From Phyllobates terribilis (lineage: Eukaryota), in the NCBI RefSeq assembly GCF_046119375.1, contig NW_027362761.1, forward strand, positions 537,788,001 through 537,852,000: 64,000 bases of DNA, in the 5' to 3' direction. The position numbers and the translations under genes are program-made. The first letter of the stretch is position 1; every line of letters begins with the position of its first letter. This document shows positions 39,118 to 52,212 of the stretch, piece after piece. Under the pieces are notes generated by a model. It worked only from the letters and a program-made list of their open reading frames with translations, did not search any database and was not told the DNA's origin.

Positions 39118-40680
39118 GCATTATAGTAGTTATATTCTTGTATATAGGGACAGTATTATAGTAGTTATATTCTTCTACATAGGGACAGTATTATAGTAGT
39201 TATATTCTTGTACATAGGAGCAGTATTATAGTAGCTATATTCTTGTACATAGGAGCAGTATTATAGTAGTTATATTCTTGTACATAGAGGACAGTATTAT
39301 AGTAGTTATATTCTTGTATATAGGGACAGTATTATAGTAGTTATATTCTTCTACATAGGGACAGTATTATAGTAGTTATATTCTTGTATATAGGGACAGT
39401 ATTATAGTAGTTATATTCTTGTACATAGGAGCAGTATTTTAGTAGTTATATTCTTGTACATAGGAGCAGTATTAGGGTATGTGCACACGATGCAGAAATG
39501 CTCAGGATTTTTTCCTGAGCGTTTCTGCATCTCTCTGGCAGGAAAAAACGCATGCGGATTGTACATGCGGTTTCCTGCCAGGGACATGCGGAAATGAAGC
39601 GGTCTTCACTTTCATTTCCGCATGCGGGTTGACAAGCGCTTCCCAAGCGATTTTAGCATCACTTGGAAAGTGCTTATGGATTTATATAGTGTGTGAATGT
39701 CCAAAAATAAAAAATAAATCTATACTTTACCCTCTGATGGCCCCCGGTGTCCTGCTTCATCGGTCCCGGCTGCCGGCAGTGAAGACTGTAGGACCTTCCG
39801 ACGTCAGCATCACGTGACCCGTCACATGACTCTGACGTCAGCGAAGGTCCTTCATTCAACCGCGAAGTGCGCGGGAAGCCGGCAGGAGCGCTGCGCGGGC
39901 CGTCAGAAGGTGAGAATATATATATTTTTTATTTTATTCTTTTTTTTTTAATGGTACCTGGGTCTGGATGAGAGTCCTCTCATCCACACCCGGGTACCAT
40001 CCGCACATTAGACTGCATGAAAAGCGCATCAACATATACAGTGATGCGGATTCCATGCGGTCTAATGCAAGTCAATGGCGGCAAAAGAGCAGCGTTTCCG
40101 CAAAATTAATTGACATGCTGCAGATTTTTGACCGCAGCGTTTACGCTGCGGAAAAATCCGCATCATGGGCACAGCACATGCGGATTTCAATTGGGGAACA
40201 TTGCTGCCCTTCTACCATGCGTTTTTCATGCATTTCCGCGGCGTTTACGCAACTGCAAAAACGCCGCGGAAACGCATGAAAAACGCATCGTGTGAACTCA
40301 GCCTTATAGTAGTTATATTCTTGTACATAGGGGGCAGTATTATAGTAGTTATATTCTTGTACATAGGGGGCAGTATTATAGTAGTTATATTCTTGTACAT
40401 AGGAGGTGGTATTATAGTAGTTATATTTGTGTACATAGGAGCAGTATTATAGTAGTTATATTCTTGTACATAGGGAGCAGTATTATAGTAGCTATATTGT
40501 ACATAGGGGGCAGTATTATAGTAGTTATATTCTTGTACATGGGGGCAGTATTATAGTAGTTTTATTCTTGTACATAGGGGGCAGTATTATAGTAGTTTTA
40601 TTCTTGTACATAGGGGGCAGTATTATAGTAGTTATGTCCTTGTATATAGGGAGCAGTATTGTGGTATTTTTATACATAGG
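39118..40680 (+). repeat. 36-bp minisatellite (same family as 1333-3348) interrupted by a MITE at 39475-40303
   Basis: Tandem units are visible. Confidence 0.92.
39475..40303. mobile_element. Harbinger-type MITE, 829 bp
   Basis: TIRs GGGTATGTGCACACG / CGTGTGAACTCAGCC, TTA TSD at 39472-39474 and 40304-40306. Confidence 0.85.
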
Positions 40681-42909
40681 TGGCAATTTCACACTATTGC
40701 TGTTTAGCAGGTTTCCTTTTTTTCTGATTCAGTCTTGCTCTGTACTTCCATGTTCTGGAGTTGCAGGGGTTAACCGGTAAGCTAAGGGATCTTTGTGTAG
40801 CTGCATGAAGCCATGTCCTGAAAATGTGCCAAGGTGAATAGCTGTGCGCCATTAAAGGTGCGAGCCTCACAGCAGCACTCCCTGCGCTCCCGCGGGATTG
40901 CGATGTGGACGTTGTTGCAGCCTCGTCCATATTTAGCACCTCTCCGGTTCCAGGAATAGTCAGGGTCAGGTTCTGCTCCAGGCATGTAAATTTCTAAGGA
41001 GGGCAGAATTTTGTTTCCTGGCCGGTGATAGACGCAGACTACTATGGGTGCAATTACATCTAGTGTCCTCTGTGGGGGGGCTTACTCTGAATCTAGGGTA
41101 GGGAGAAGGTTGCGGATTTGAAGGAGAACTTCCGAGCTGGAGGGAATAATGTTAAAACTCTAAAATAGGGACATTGATAGATGGCTGTCATCTGATACAG
41201 GAACTTACTGTTCCAGGCACCGCAGAATATGAGTTTTCATCTTAAATTTTATTGCCCATGAATAGAATGCCAGCATGACAGTGAAGACTGACACTTTGCG
41301 TTTGTGGAAACAGAATCTATAATTATAGTTTAGTGACAGATCTTCTCATCAATGAGGATTTGCTACAATTGCCTAAGACCTCTACTGTCCCTCAGAAATA
41401 AAGGGATGCTTCTTAATCTTGGCCTGCACGTTGACGCTCCATTGTCCCTCTGTGCAGCGCAATGGCAGAATGGCCCAACTAGGAGAATGGGCAAGCTGTA
41501 GTTTCCTGCACGGCCCAGAGTCCTGCTGGGGTGAGAAACACTCCACTTCGTCCTCAGGATCAGCGGGGATCCAGAGAACTTTTATCAGATGGGAATACAC
41601 CTACAATGTGAAGCCCAACATTAAATCCAGTATTGTCATCAACTTCTATTCCTATGTGGAAACAGCCAACAAGATGCTGTTTACAGATCTTACTTACACC
41701 ATTTAGTACTTTGAGTGCACAGGGGTGTAATATTGTGAATTAGGGGTATTTCCATTTCTGTGATGAAATATTACTAGGATCTTTTATCACTGAGGGTCAG
41801 TTTCAGATATCTAAAGTTTTCCTTCATGCTTATGATGGGTGGACCCCCCAATCATAAAGTGATGGCATATCCTAAAGATAGTGATGACATGTTCCATAAA
41901 TATGGCATTAAACCTTTAACATTCACAGACTACGCAGGCGTTATTAATAAGGGTGGAGCGGCACAAGGAGGATTTGCAGAGTTGAGATCATAGGTGACTA
42001 AGTGTAGTTGGAAATAGTTACGTGTAATGATGCATTTCATTTATGATTTTCCTGTATAAAACACGCTGGTCGTAACGAATGGCTGCGTCTCCATCCTCAT
42101 TTACCATGCAGCTGGGGTGACTCACAAAGATTTCAGCTGAGGTTACAAGACAACTTTGGCTATATATGTCACCCGGCCAAAGATCGCTGCATGGCACTTG
42201 CCAGGGGCTTTTTCCGGTCACAGTACCTTGTGGGTCGCCAAAGTTGCCATGTAGCCAGAGCCTTAAAGTGGTTATCCGATCTTGTCAGTATTCACTCGCC
42301 AGCATCGAGAGGGTGACCGCAAGTATGCAATTTGCATACATGCGGTCACGTGCCAACTAGACGTGCATGGGCTCTCTCAATGCAAATGTATTGAATGAGG
42401 TCAAACACGTCTAGTCGGAATGTGGCCAGAAGTATTCTAATTGCGTACTTGCAGTCAAATGACCACCCTCTCCCAGCGTCGAGCGCTTATGCTGTGAGGA
42501 TTCACAAGTCTGCAGTCACATAGAGTGACTGCAGACTTGTAGCCTAAGGCCGTAAAGCCCATGTAACATAGGGCCAATTCCCCTTGCCACAGCCAAAAGA
42601 GCTGAATGCCCATAACTTCATACACGACATTTGTCGGGTAGCTTCTATCCCTCCTTTAGTCAGTGTGGTGCATCAGGCACCATCTACATTGTAGTCTACC
42701 CATCTGTAAGACACCGCTGTCCTGCCATCTCCACCCCGTCACTTATACTTCATGACATTACCATCCAATCAGTCTGTGTATTCATGCCCTGAAATGCTCT
42801 GTGCTGCTGGGAAATCTCTTTTCACTAGAACAAGATCAGCACTATAGGTTATAATGAGTTAGCTCTCTGGCCCTACCCTCTTATTGACCCAATACATTTC
42901 TTTTTTCAG

Positions 42910-43143
42910 GCTCTGTGTGGCTGCACCGTCAACATTCCCACCATCGATGGCCGGGTCATCCCGCTACCCTGCAGCGACGTCATCAAACCAGGAACCGTCA
43001 AACGGCTACGAGGTGAAGGATTGCCTTTCCCCAAAGTCCCCACCCAGCGCGGCGACCTAATAGTAGAGTTTCAAGTACGATTTCCAGACAGAATACCACA
43101 ACCAACCCGTGAACTTCTTAAACAGCACCTGCCATGTTCCTAG
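42910..43143 (+). CDS. DNAJB5: DNAJB5 last coding exon (ALCGCTVNIPTIDGRVIPLPC...LKQHLPCS*)
   Basis: Acceptor ttttttcag at 42909, TAG at 43141-43143. Spliced CDS 211+593+234=1038 nt, giving 345 aa. The C-terminus KQHLPCS matches DNAJB5. Missing from the ORF track. Confidence 0.96.
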   Translation, partial: ALCGCTVNIPTIDGRVIPLPCSDVIKPGTVKRLRGEGLPFPKVPTQRGDLIVEFQVRFPDRIPQPTRELLKQHLPCS

Positions 43144-43630
43144 TATTATATGTACACAGGGACCCGGGGCCCCATGCAATAAATTACAGATTTGTGCCAA
43201 GAGTTTTGCAATGGAGACCTACAGTGTCTAAAGCCTGAGATACCAGTCTATAACCCACATTCTATGCAGAAGACGACAACTTCCTACAGCTCAAAATAAA
43301 AACAATAGACTTTTTTTTTTTTCAAAGTTTGAGCCCGCTATCTTCGTGTGATGAGGAAGGGCACAGAGGGCAGGCCCTGGCGTCCGTGTGTACTGTTATG
43401 GGGGCACTATACTAGTTCTTTGTATTTTAATGTGTATGAATTCTGGACTTGATTCCCTTTATAATCCGATTTATCAGTATTTTTAGCCTCACCCACTGAA
43501 CTATGGGACTTTTAGAATACGTTTTTTAAAAGTAAAAAGAACTTGATTGTAAATATAATTTAACGTGACCGATGATTTTGACATTTCTACACACTGGGCA
43601 GAAATAAAAAGTAAAGATTGTGAATTTTAG
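43144..43630 (+). terminator. DNAJB5: DNAJB5 3'UTR with candidate poly(A) signals
   Basis: AATAAA at 43178, 43295 and 43603. The distal one follows an AT-rich tract and precedes the tandem array. Confidence 0.6.
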
Positions 43631-43744
43631 AAAGACTGATCAATGTGTTGTATGTACGGGTGACCTGACATTTGTTGAATCTGAGGGACTGTGCACCTGA
43701 CAATCCCTACTGTCGGGCACCCTTATAACTGTAGTGCTAATTAT

Positions 43745-45920
43745 CTGGATAGTTGTCACTCCCAAGAGGAATGAGCAAAAGGAGTTCAATAGGGAGGGCA
43801 CTCCCAAGACATACTTGAAGGTGGAGACTGATAGCGATGTCACTCCCAGAATGGACTTGTAGGAATAGCTGGATAGAGATATCACCCCCCAAGAAGGACT
43901 TGTAGGTAAAGATTGATTGGTCTAGTCCAAGAGGAATGTGTAGGAGGAGTTCGATAGGGAGGGCACTCCCAAGACATACTTGAAGGTGGAGACTGATAGC
44001 GATGTCTCTCCCAAAATGGACTTGTAGGAATAGCAGCATAGAGATATCCCCCCCCCCCCCCCCCCCAAGAAGGACTTGTAGGTAAAGATTGATAGGTCTC
44101 GTCCAAGAGGAACGTGTAGGAGGAGTTTGATAGAGAGGGCTCTCCCAAGACATACTTGAAGGTGGAGACTGATAGCGATGTCACTCCCAGAATGGACTTG
44201 TAGGAATAGCTGGATAGAGATATCACCCCCCAAGAAGGACTTGTAGGTAAAGATTGATTGGTCTAGTCCAAGAGGAATGTGTAGGAGGAGTTCGATAGGG
44301 AGGGCACTCCCAAGACATACTTGAAGGTGGAGACTGATAGCGATGTCTCTCCCAAAATGGACTTGTAGGAATAGCAGCATAGAGATATCCCCCCCCCCCC
44401 CCCAAGAAGGACTTGTAGGTAAAGATTGATAGGTCTCGTCCAAGAGGAACGTGTAGGAGGAGTTTGATAGAGAGGGCTCTCCCAAGACATACTTGAAGGT
44501 GGAGACTGATAGCGATGTCACTCCCAGAATGGACTTGTAGGAATAGCTGGATAGAGATATCACCCCCCAAGAAGGACTTGTAGGTAAAGATTGATTGGTC
44601 TAGTCCAAGAGGAATGTGTAGGAGGAGTTCGATAGGGAGGGCACTCCCAAGACATACTTGAAGGTGGAGACTGATAGCGATGTCTCTCCCAAAATGGACT
44701 TGTAGGAATAGCTGCATAGAGATATCCCCCCCCCCCCCAAGAAGGACTTGTAGGTAAAGATTGATAGGTCTCGTCCAAGAGGAACGTGTAGGAGGAGTTT
44801 GATAGAGAGGGCTCTCCCAAGACATACTTGAAGGTGGAGACTGATAGCGATGTCACTCCCAAAATGGACTTTTAGGAAGAGCTGGATAGGGTTATTACCC
44901 CCAAAAGGAACTTGTAGGTAGAGATTGATGGATCACTCCCAAGAGGAATGTGTAGGAAGAGTTTGATAGTCAGAGCACTCCCAAGTAATGTTACTCCTAA
45001 GACTATCTTGCAGGAGGAGCTGTAAAATTATTTCACACCCAAGAGCAGCTTGTAGGTCGAAAGTGATGTGACTCCCGTGAGGGACTTGTAGGAGGAGCTG
45101 GATAGTCATGTCTCTTCCAAAAACTAATTTGTAGGAGGAACACAATAGTGATGTCATTCCTGGCTCCTGTTAAGAGAAACATGAACATAGTACCTGCAGT
45201 CTGTCTTCATTGAACGTGGACTACAGGGTGCAGTTTTACAGAAACTGCCTCTCTTGGTAGAAGACGATGTGGAGCAAACGCCTACCATTATCAAGTTGAT
45301 ACCTCCACCACCAGAAGTCCTTACAACAGTAACAGCTTATTATCTGGAGTGGAAATTAAGAGGAGATGGCTAGTAAACTCATTCCTGAGAAGAACCTGTA
45401 GCATGAGATCCAAAGTTAAGTCTTCTCAAGAGCGACTTGGAGGTCAGTGCCAAGAAGAACTTCAAGGAAGAGATTTATGATGATGTCACTTCCAAGATGT
45501 ACTTGTAGGAGAAGACCAATAGTGATGTCATTCCCATGAGCGACTTGTAGGAGAAGCTGATAGGGATGTCTCTCCCAAGAAGAACTTGTAGGAGTAGCAT
45601 GATCATAACATACCTCCTTGGTTCCTGTTGAAAGAAACCTATACACATTATCTACTGTCTGTTTTTATTGGATGTGGTCTGCAGTGTGCATTTCTTCTTT
45701 CATTTCGAGAAAACATGGATGTGGAACAAACCCTGCCAATCCCCATATTGACCCACCACCATTTGGCACCCTTACAACTCCAACAGCTTATTATCTAGAG
45801 TGGAAAATAGGAGGAACTGGATAGTAAACTCATTCCCAAGAAGTACTTGTAGGAAAGGGTTGGTAGTGAGGTCTCTCCCAAGAAGTACTTGTAGCACAAG
45901 TTCGATAGTGATGTCACTCC
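43745..45920. repeat. Hierarchical tandem array: roughly 42-bp subunit, 165/170-176-bp monomers, about 340-bp dimer, decaying distally
   Basis: AAGACATACTTGAAGG recurs at 43806, 43971, 44147, 44312, 44484, 44649 and 44819. The subunit CCCAAGAGGA-CTTGTAGGAGGAG-TGGATAGTGATGTCACT is traceable to about 45920. Confidence 0.88.
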
Positions 45921-46529
45921 CTGGCTATACATATTACTTGCGGTCTGTCTTCATTCAATGTGGTTTGCTGTATGTATTTTTAAAGAAACTTCCCCTCTGG
46001 GTAGAAGATAATGGATGTGGTGCAGACACACACGTGCTATACAATCCATATGCCCCATAAAAAGGTCATTGTGATTTCTGAGAGTGGGACGGACACCGAT
46101 CTTCTAGGCTGTCTCATAGTGGCTGGAGTTCCTCTTTTGCAGGTCTTTAAAACTCTGGGACCCAAAGACTATTACCTAGATTGTCCGCTTTTTACGCTAG
46201 GCTTGTGTGGGTGTATTCATATACATCGTTGTAAGGGAGGATCCTAAAATAAGCAAGTACATGACAAGATGTCAAACAGGTAACACCACAAACCTTTGAA
46301 ATATTGTAACAATAAATATAGTTAAAAGAATTACGGATTTATACTGCCCAATCTATAGCTGTATGAAACCCATCTAACTATAAAACTGGCCACAAATCAG
46401 AGCTCAACTTGCTGCCGCATGATTGTGAGGGAGATGAGCAGCCATCAGACCTGGTGCTGTCTTGTATGATGGATCTTCTAAATTTTGCTAGTAAAATCTA
46501 TAGACGAGAATGAAGTTACAATAACCTTA

Positions 46530-46830
46530 TAATACTACTCCTATGTACAAGAATATAACTGCTATAATACTGCCCCCTATGTACAAGAATATAACTACTA
46601 TAATACTGCCCCTATGTACAAGAATATAACTACTCTAATACTTATCCCTGTATACAAGAATATAACTACTATAATACTGCCCCCCTATGTACAAGAATAT
46701 AACTACTATAATACTGCCCCTATGTACAAGAATATAACTACTATAATACTGCCCCCTATGTACAAGAATATAACTACTATATTACTGCTCCTATGTACAA
46801 GAATATAACTACTATAATACTGCCCCCTAT
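46530..46830 (-). repeat. 36-bp minisatellite family, reverse orientation
   Basis: ATGTACAAGAATATAACTACTATAATACTGCCCC units. Confidence 0.92.
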
Positions 46831-47950
46831 GTGGACGAACGTGAATCTTAACAAGAAGACTTTTCATATGTGACTGGCAGCAGGACCTATGACACCTATT
46901 ATGGTCCTGTTAGAATCCTGCAGCAGAGTTTCTTTATCATCGCTGACACCTTGGCTGCTCCATAGATAGCGAGGTATGAGTCACATGCAATGAATAGCAC
47001 CAACTGTTTGTGCTGACTTTTTTTCCATTTTGCACTTGAGAACATGACAGCTCTTCAGTTAATATGATTAAAAGCACTGAGGTCTCTGCCAACACAGCCC
47101 AGCATTACCCTCCGTGCCAGGCAACAGTTCAGTCTCCCCCAGCAGAAGGGAGAGAATCCGTCCTGCAGAGGGGAGAAAGCCTCAGATTGGCACACTTGCC
47201 TTAGGGTATGCTCACTCAGAGTTTTGTGTGGATTTTTTTTTTAGCCCCAAAAATCCACATATAAAAACTGGTTCTAAAAAGCATGTGATTTTTTTTGGGG
47301 GGGTTTAAAAGGTCTTATGGATTTTAGATGGTTTGATGTGTTTTTTCACATGTTTTTCTTGAGAATTTTTTCATTTTGGGTGTAACAATGTGGTTTGGGT
47401 TTTGACACGTTTCAGATGCAAAATCCCACTCTGCAAACATGCAAAAGAATTTTTACACATGGTAAGCACGCAGAAAAAAATGCGACTTATTTTCTGCTTC
47501 AAATTAAAGGGAACCTTGTTGCAAGCAAATTTGAAGCATTATTTTTTTTTAATGAGGATTTAGACACTAAATATCCACACTAAAAAAAAAACCATAAAAG
47601 CTTCATGTGAGCACACACTTGGGATATGTGCACCATTGACTTTTTGAAGTGGGAGCGCTCCATAATCCGCCTTAAGCGCTAATTAAACACTCAAAGTAAT
47701 AAACATATGTACTGCAATGTAAAAACGACTTGCTGGGCAGATGTTCAGTCTTTTGAACTTTTTTTTTTAACTGTCAGGTTTTAAAGATGCAAAACAGTTA
47801 AAAAAGTGGCCTGTCCATTCTTCAGGCAGCTTGGAAGCCGCTCACTAATTCATTCAATGCAAGTTAGAAAAAAAAAAGCTGGTGGCAAAAAAAAGTCACA
47901 AAAAAGACCAAAAAAACCTCTGGCGTGTTCTGAAGCAACTTAGAGATCAC

Positions 47951-49693
47951 TGTGATGAATGGCACCAGAGAGATCACGCAGAATCCCACCGCTGCCACCA
48001 CATGTGAAGGATCACCACTCCTCCCGCCTGACGTTGCTACTACGTCAGACGGATCACGTGATACAGATCTGCACTTTGCACCGTGACGTTCCGCACCCCC
48101 TCGGGGACATGTAAGGTCAGATTGGTACAGTTCTTCTACACAGACACCCCCTGTCCTCACGGGTTCAGGAAGATACTGGGAGTGAGAAGAGGTGGCCCGC
48201 TTAGTCACTGATGTGGCACCACACTCGCTCACACCCCTGACAGCCCCCTCTCACTGACCCCAGTGAAATAGAACCTTATCAGCCCGAAAGAGCTGCCACC
48301 AGTTCCTGTTAGACATAAGCCCCGGTCCATAATGGGGAATAATATCGGGCCAGAAACCAGCCCCGGTTGCATGTGAGTTGAACCGAACAACGGATTTTTG
48401 GATTTGTGGATCGAGATAAAATGGCAGCCCAAGGTTAAATTATATATTTAATCGCCTTAAGGGCACCGTAGATGATACACTATACACATAAGGGTTATAA
48501 ATACTGTGGCAAGACGACTCCCTCGGCTCTCCGGAGGCAGATACAGGACACACGACACAGTCTAGGTAAGCTTCCTGCGGGCTTATTGTGTGGCATAAAT
48601 TCCAGCAGCGTCACAATAAAATAAACAGTCCCTCTTGGGGTTAACGGGGAAACAAAAGATGAAAATATAATATAGTCCTCTTAGCCAGCAAGGCCTTTGC
48701 CAGCTGCAGACAGTGTCGTGAAGTGTCCGCAACACCAGTCCTTCGGTGTTGCTCTCTGGTGTCAGCCACACACAGCCTGGAGACCTTAATCTCCAGACCA
48801 CACACTCCACCCAGGAAACAAACTGACTGAACACTTATACCCTCTTCAGCCACACCCTGAAGGGAGGTATGGGGAATGACTTCCATCCCATCTCTATGTC
48901 ATTCCCATAAAACACACCCTTTTAAAGAGGTAACCCCCAGCATATAATATGCTGACACAAAATCTATTGGTTTCAATTCACACAGGCCAGCAACCTGCCT
49001 CTGTCACAATACATAATGGTCAGAGATTCAAACATAATAGTAGTGGTACAAAAATATTCAAACATATTCAGATATTAAGAGTCAGTTACCAGTACAATGG
49101 AAGACCTGGCTTGCGGGGGAGGGGCTGCAACATGGGAGGATTTTGGTTCCCTCTGTTAGGAGGCTTCTCCCACACGAGGTGTCGTTGTGGTCTCCCAGAG
49201 AAAAAGCAATAGGCCAAGAGCTGCTGGAGCTTTTTAACCCCTCTGGGTCACCCCCCCCCCCTTCTGCCCCCTGAGCTGGACCCAAATCTCCACCCCTGGC
49301 TTCTAGCAGCTAGAAACTCCAGAAACTAAGATGGTCATAACTTCTGAATGGACGGTCTGAGGGAGCCGGTTCTGGTGCAATCGGACCCAGCCGGGCCCCT
49401 GCTACGCGTGGAGACTAAACACAGTGGCCCTAGGGGTTTTCCAAATGGCTGTTCCATGTATATCACTTATCCCTATGTGCTAGACTGGGTCGAGACCCAG
49501 GCGGACATTCACCAGGTCCTTGGGATTTCAAAAATCTATTCGAGGTATGTCTAGGATGTATAGTAGTTCCATAACTCAGTATGGAATTCCTATCTGTCTA
49601 ACTAAAGGAAACCCACATGGCTTGGGACCAAGTGGCTTGTAAGTACTTTGTTCTGAGTTGAGCTGGCTTGAGGTGTGATATTTGTCACTCACA
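47951..49693. mobile_element. Possible LTR-type or non-autonomous retroelement remnant
   Basis: TGTGA...TCACA termini and GC-richer non-coding content. No convincing TSD. Confidence 0.35.
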
Positions 49694-49920
49694 GTATCTT
49701 GACCCCCCCCCCCCTGCTGCTGCTGGCTGTTTTGTTAAAACTGTACATTGAAGGGGGTATTTTAATCCCCTGACAAATAGGTTACAATGATTGACATCGA
49801 ATTATATCTCCAATATTCTTCACAATGACTAATTGCAAAGAATTTACGTGATTTTCATGCATCTCTCACCAGTTATTAATGGGAAGCTGTCAGCAGGATC
49901 TACCCCCATATACAGTGTTA

Positions 49921-51006
49921 GGCCACGTCCCTACTATCAGTATTTGGTCAGTATTTTTTTTCAGGAGTGGGAGCCAAAACCAGGAGTGGGTGATAAATGC
50001 AGAATTTGTGCACTTGTTTCTATTATACCTTTCCACTGATTGTTCCTCACCTGGTTTTGGCTCCGACTCCTGAGGAAAAATACTGACCAAATACTGATAG
50101 TGGGGTCGTGACCTTAGACCTCATTTAGGCCAGGTGTACATGTTCAGTATTTGGTCAGTATTTTACCTCAGTATTTGTGAGCCAAAACCAGGAGTGGAAC
50201 AATCGGACGAAAAGTATAATAGAAACACGTCAGACACCACACCTACATACTGATGTAAAATACTGACCAAATTCTGAACGTGTGCATGTGACCTTAGGCT
50301 ATGTTCACATGTTTCATTTTTGCTACTTTTTTATGCAAATTAAAAGTTGTGTTTTACAGTATCAACAAAAGCCATGAGATTTCAGAAATCTCACACACAT
50401 TTCTTGACTGAATTGGAAAACTGCTGCGTTATTTAAATCTCCAGCATGTCACTTCTTTCAGCGTTTTTGCAGCGCTTTTTCACCCATAGAAAGCAAAGAA
50501 AACTCAGGAACAACAGGCACTAAACTGTATCAGCTTGAGTAACGCTGCAAAAAAACGCAGCAAAACCTGTTTTTTTAAGCAGCTTCTTTACTGCTAAGAG
50601 AGCAGGTTTTGCCTGCAGAAAAAAAACGCAGGAAAAACGCAACGTGTGAACATAGCCTTGTACGTCTTATGTTCTCGTACGAGTTCTATCCGTTGTTTTC
50701 CACGGATAGCACTCGTACCTGTGATAATCTACGGGGACAATCACATGTCTGCGGGAAAATCGTGGTGACATGTTTTTGATCCGAGTCAATGCAAGTCTAT
50801 GGGTCCATGAAAAAAAATCGGACCGCACTCAGATGGGTCTGATTTTTGCAGACTGTCGCATAGAAGAAGGTGTTGAAACTTTATTTTTTTTTATTTCTCC
50901 ACGTAGGAGAAAAATGGAAGACACTTGGACCGATCTTGGATCAAACTCTGATCGAAAAAAATCAGTTTTTCTCATACGTAAGAAAAATTGACGTCTGAAT
51001 GAGGCC
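49921..51006. mobile_element. Chain of adjacent Harbinger-type MITEs (49921-50113, 50128-50293, 50297-50657, partial to about 51006)
   Basis: GGC...GCC/ACC termini separated by shared TTA. Confidence 0.75.
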
Positions 51007-52212
51007 CTAGGAGCGCTGTGCTGGCCTTGCAACCACATTTGTAACAAGGTCATTATTATAAATGTGTTTTTGGATTTGCTGCAAAATTGGAGTTGACTCT
51101 TGGCACTCCGGTCCCCCGACTATTCCAGGAGCGCCGTCACTCATCTGCACTTCACCGGCATCTCGCCCTTCGCAGCGTGATTGACAAACCAATATGTGCA
51201 AAGGAAACGGGGAGTCGGAAAAGTCGTCGTCCTTCTGCTCCTCTTCCCTGTTCTCTCTGTCAATGGAAAGAGATCGCAATAACAGAAAATATCTCAATAA
51301 AGCGAGCAAAATAAAAATTGCCTCGTCACCCATAGTAACCAATCACAGTGCAGCTTTCATTTTTCCAGAGCAGATTAAGAAATTAGAGCTCTGCTCTGAT
51401 TGGTTGCTATGGGCAACAAGGCCTGTATATTGGATACATGAGGCCTAGTAAATACAATCTATTCAGCAGAGACCTAAGAAGTGTATTAAAATGGCCATCA
51501 GCAACATCCAGTAACCCCCAATCCTCATCCTCAGACATTTTGTTACCATCTCCAGGAAACCTTATAATGTGGAAAAATTGACAGAAACCACAGGGGGAAA
51601 GGGTTAAACACACCTGCTGATGTCTGACGGTAAATCATCCGCTGAGGCGTCAAGGACGCCAGATATAACTGGGACACGGTTCCCTGTACACATTTAACTC
51701 TGCTATTTCAGGAGCAATTTCCAGGAAAGGACCAAATGAGCAATATATACATCACACCAAAATAACTCTGACCCGTCTCTCAAGCTCCAGGTGTACGATG
51801 ACACCAAAAATGGCCCAACACCCCTTCCCCAAACTCTCAAAGTGGTTTTCTGTCAGGGGGTTGCATCTGTATCCCTGAAAAATGGGATTCCCAACTCCCC
51901 CCCCCCCCCCCGTCCTCACTCCTCCCCCCAATATATATATTTACTTCAGTCAGAGAAACTGAGTCCAAAGAACTCTTTTCGGTCAATGACTTTATTTCTT
52001 GATGGACACAAAAGAGTAGTCACACGTCAAGGAGAATATTAGAGTACAGTTTTCCATTTACCATAATTCACAAAAGCGGATTTGTAAAAACTGCACAACA
52101 TTTCACTATAAACCCGCATATGTTTTTGGATGCAGTTTTCACCACATTGGTCAAAAAAGTCCCATGTAAATGACCCCTATCTGTATTCAGATATCAGACT
52201 GCATAAGGCTTA

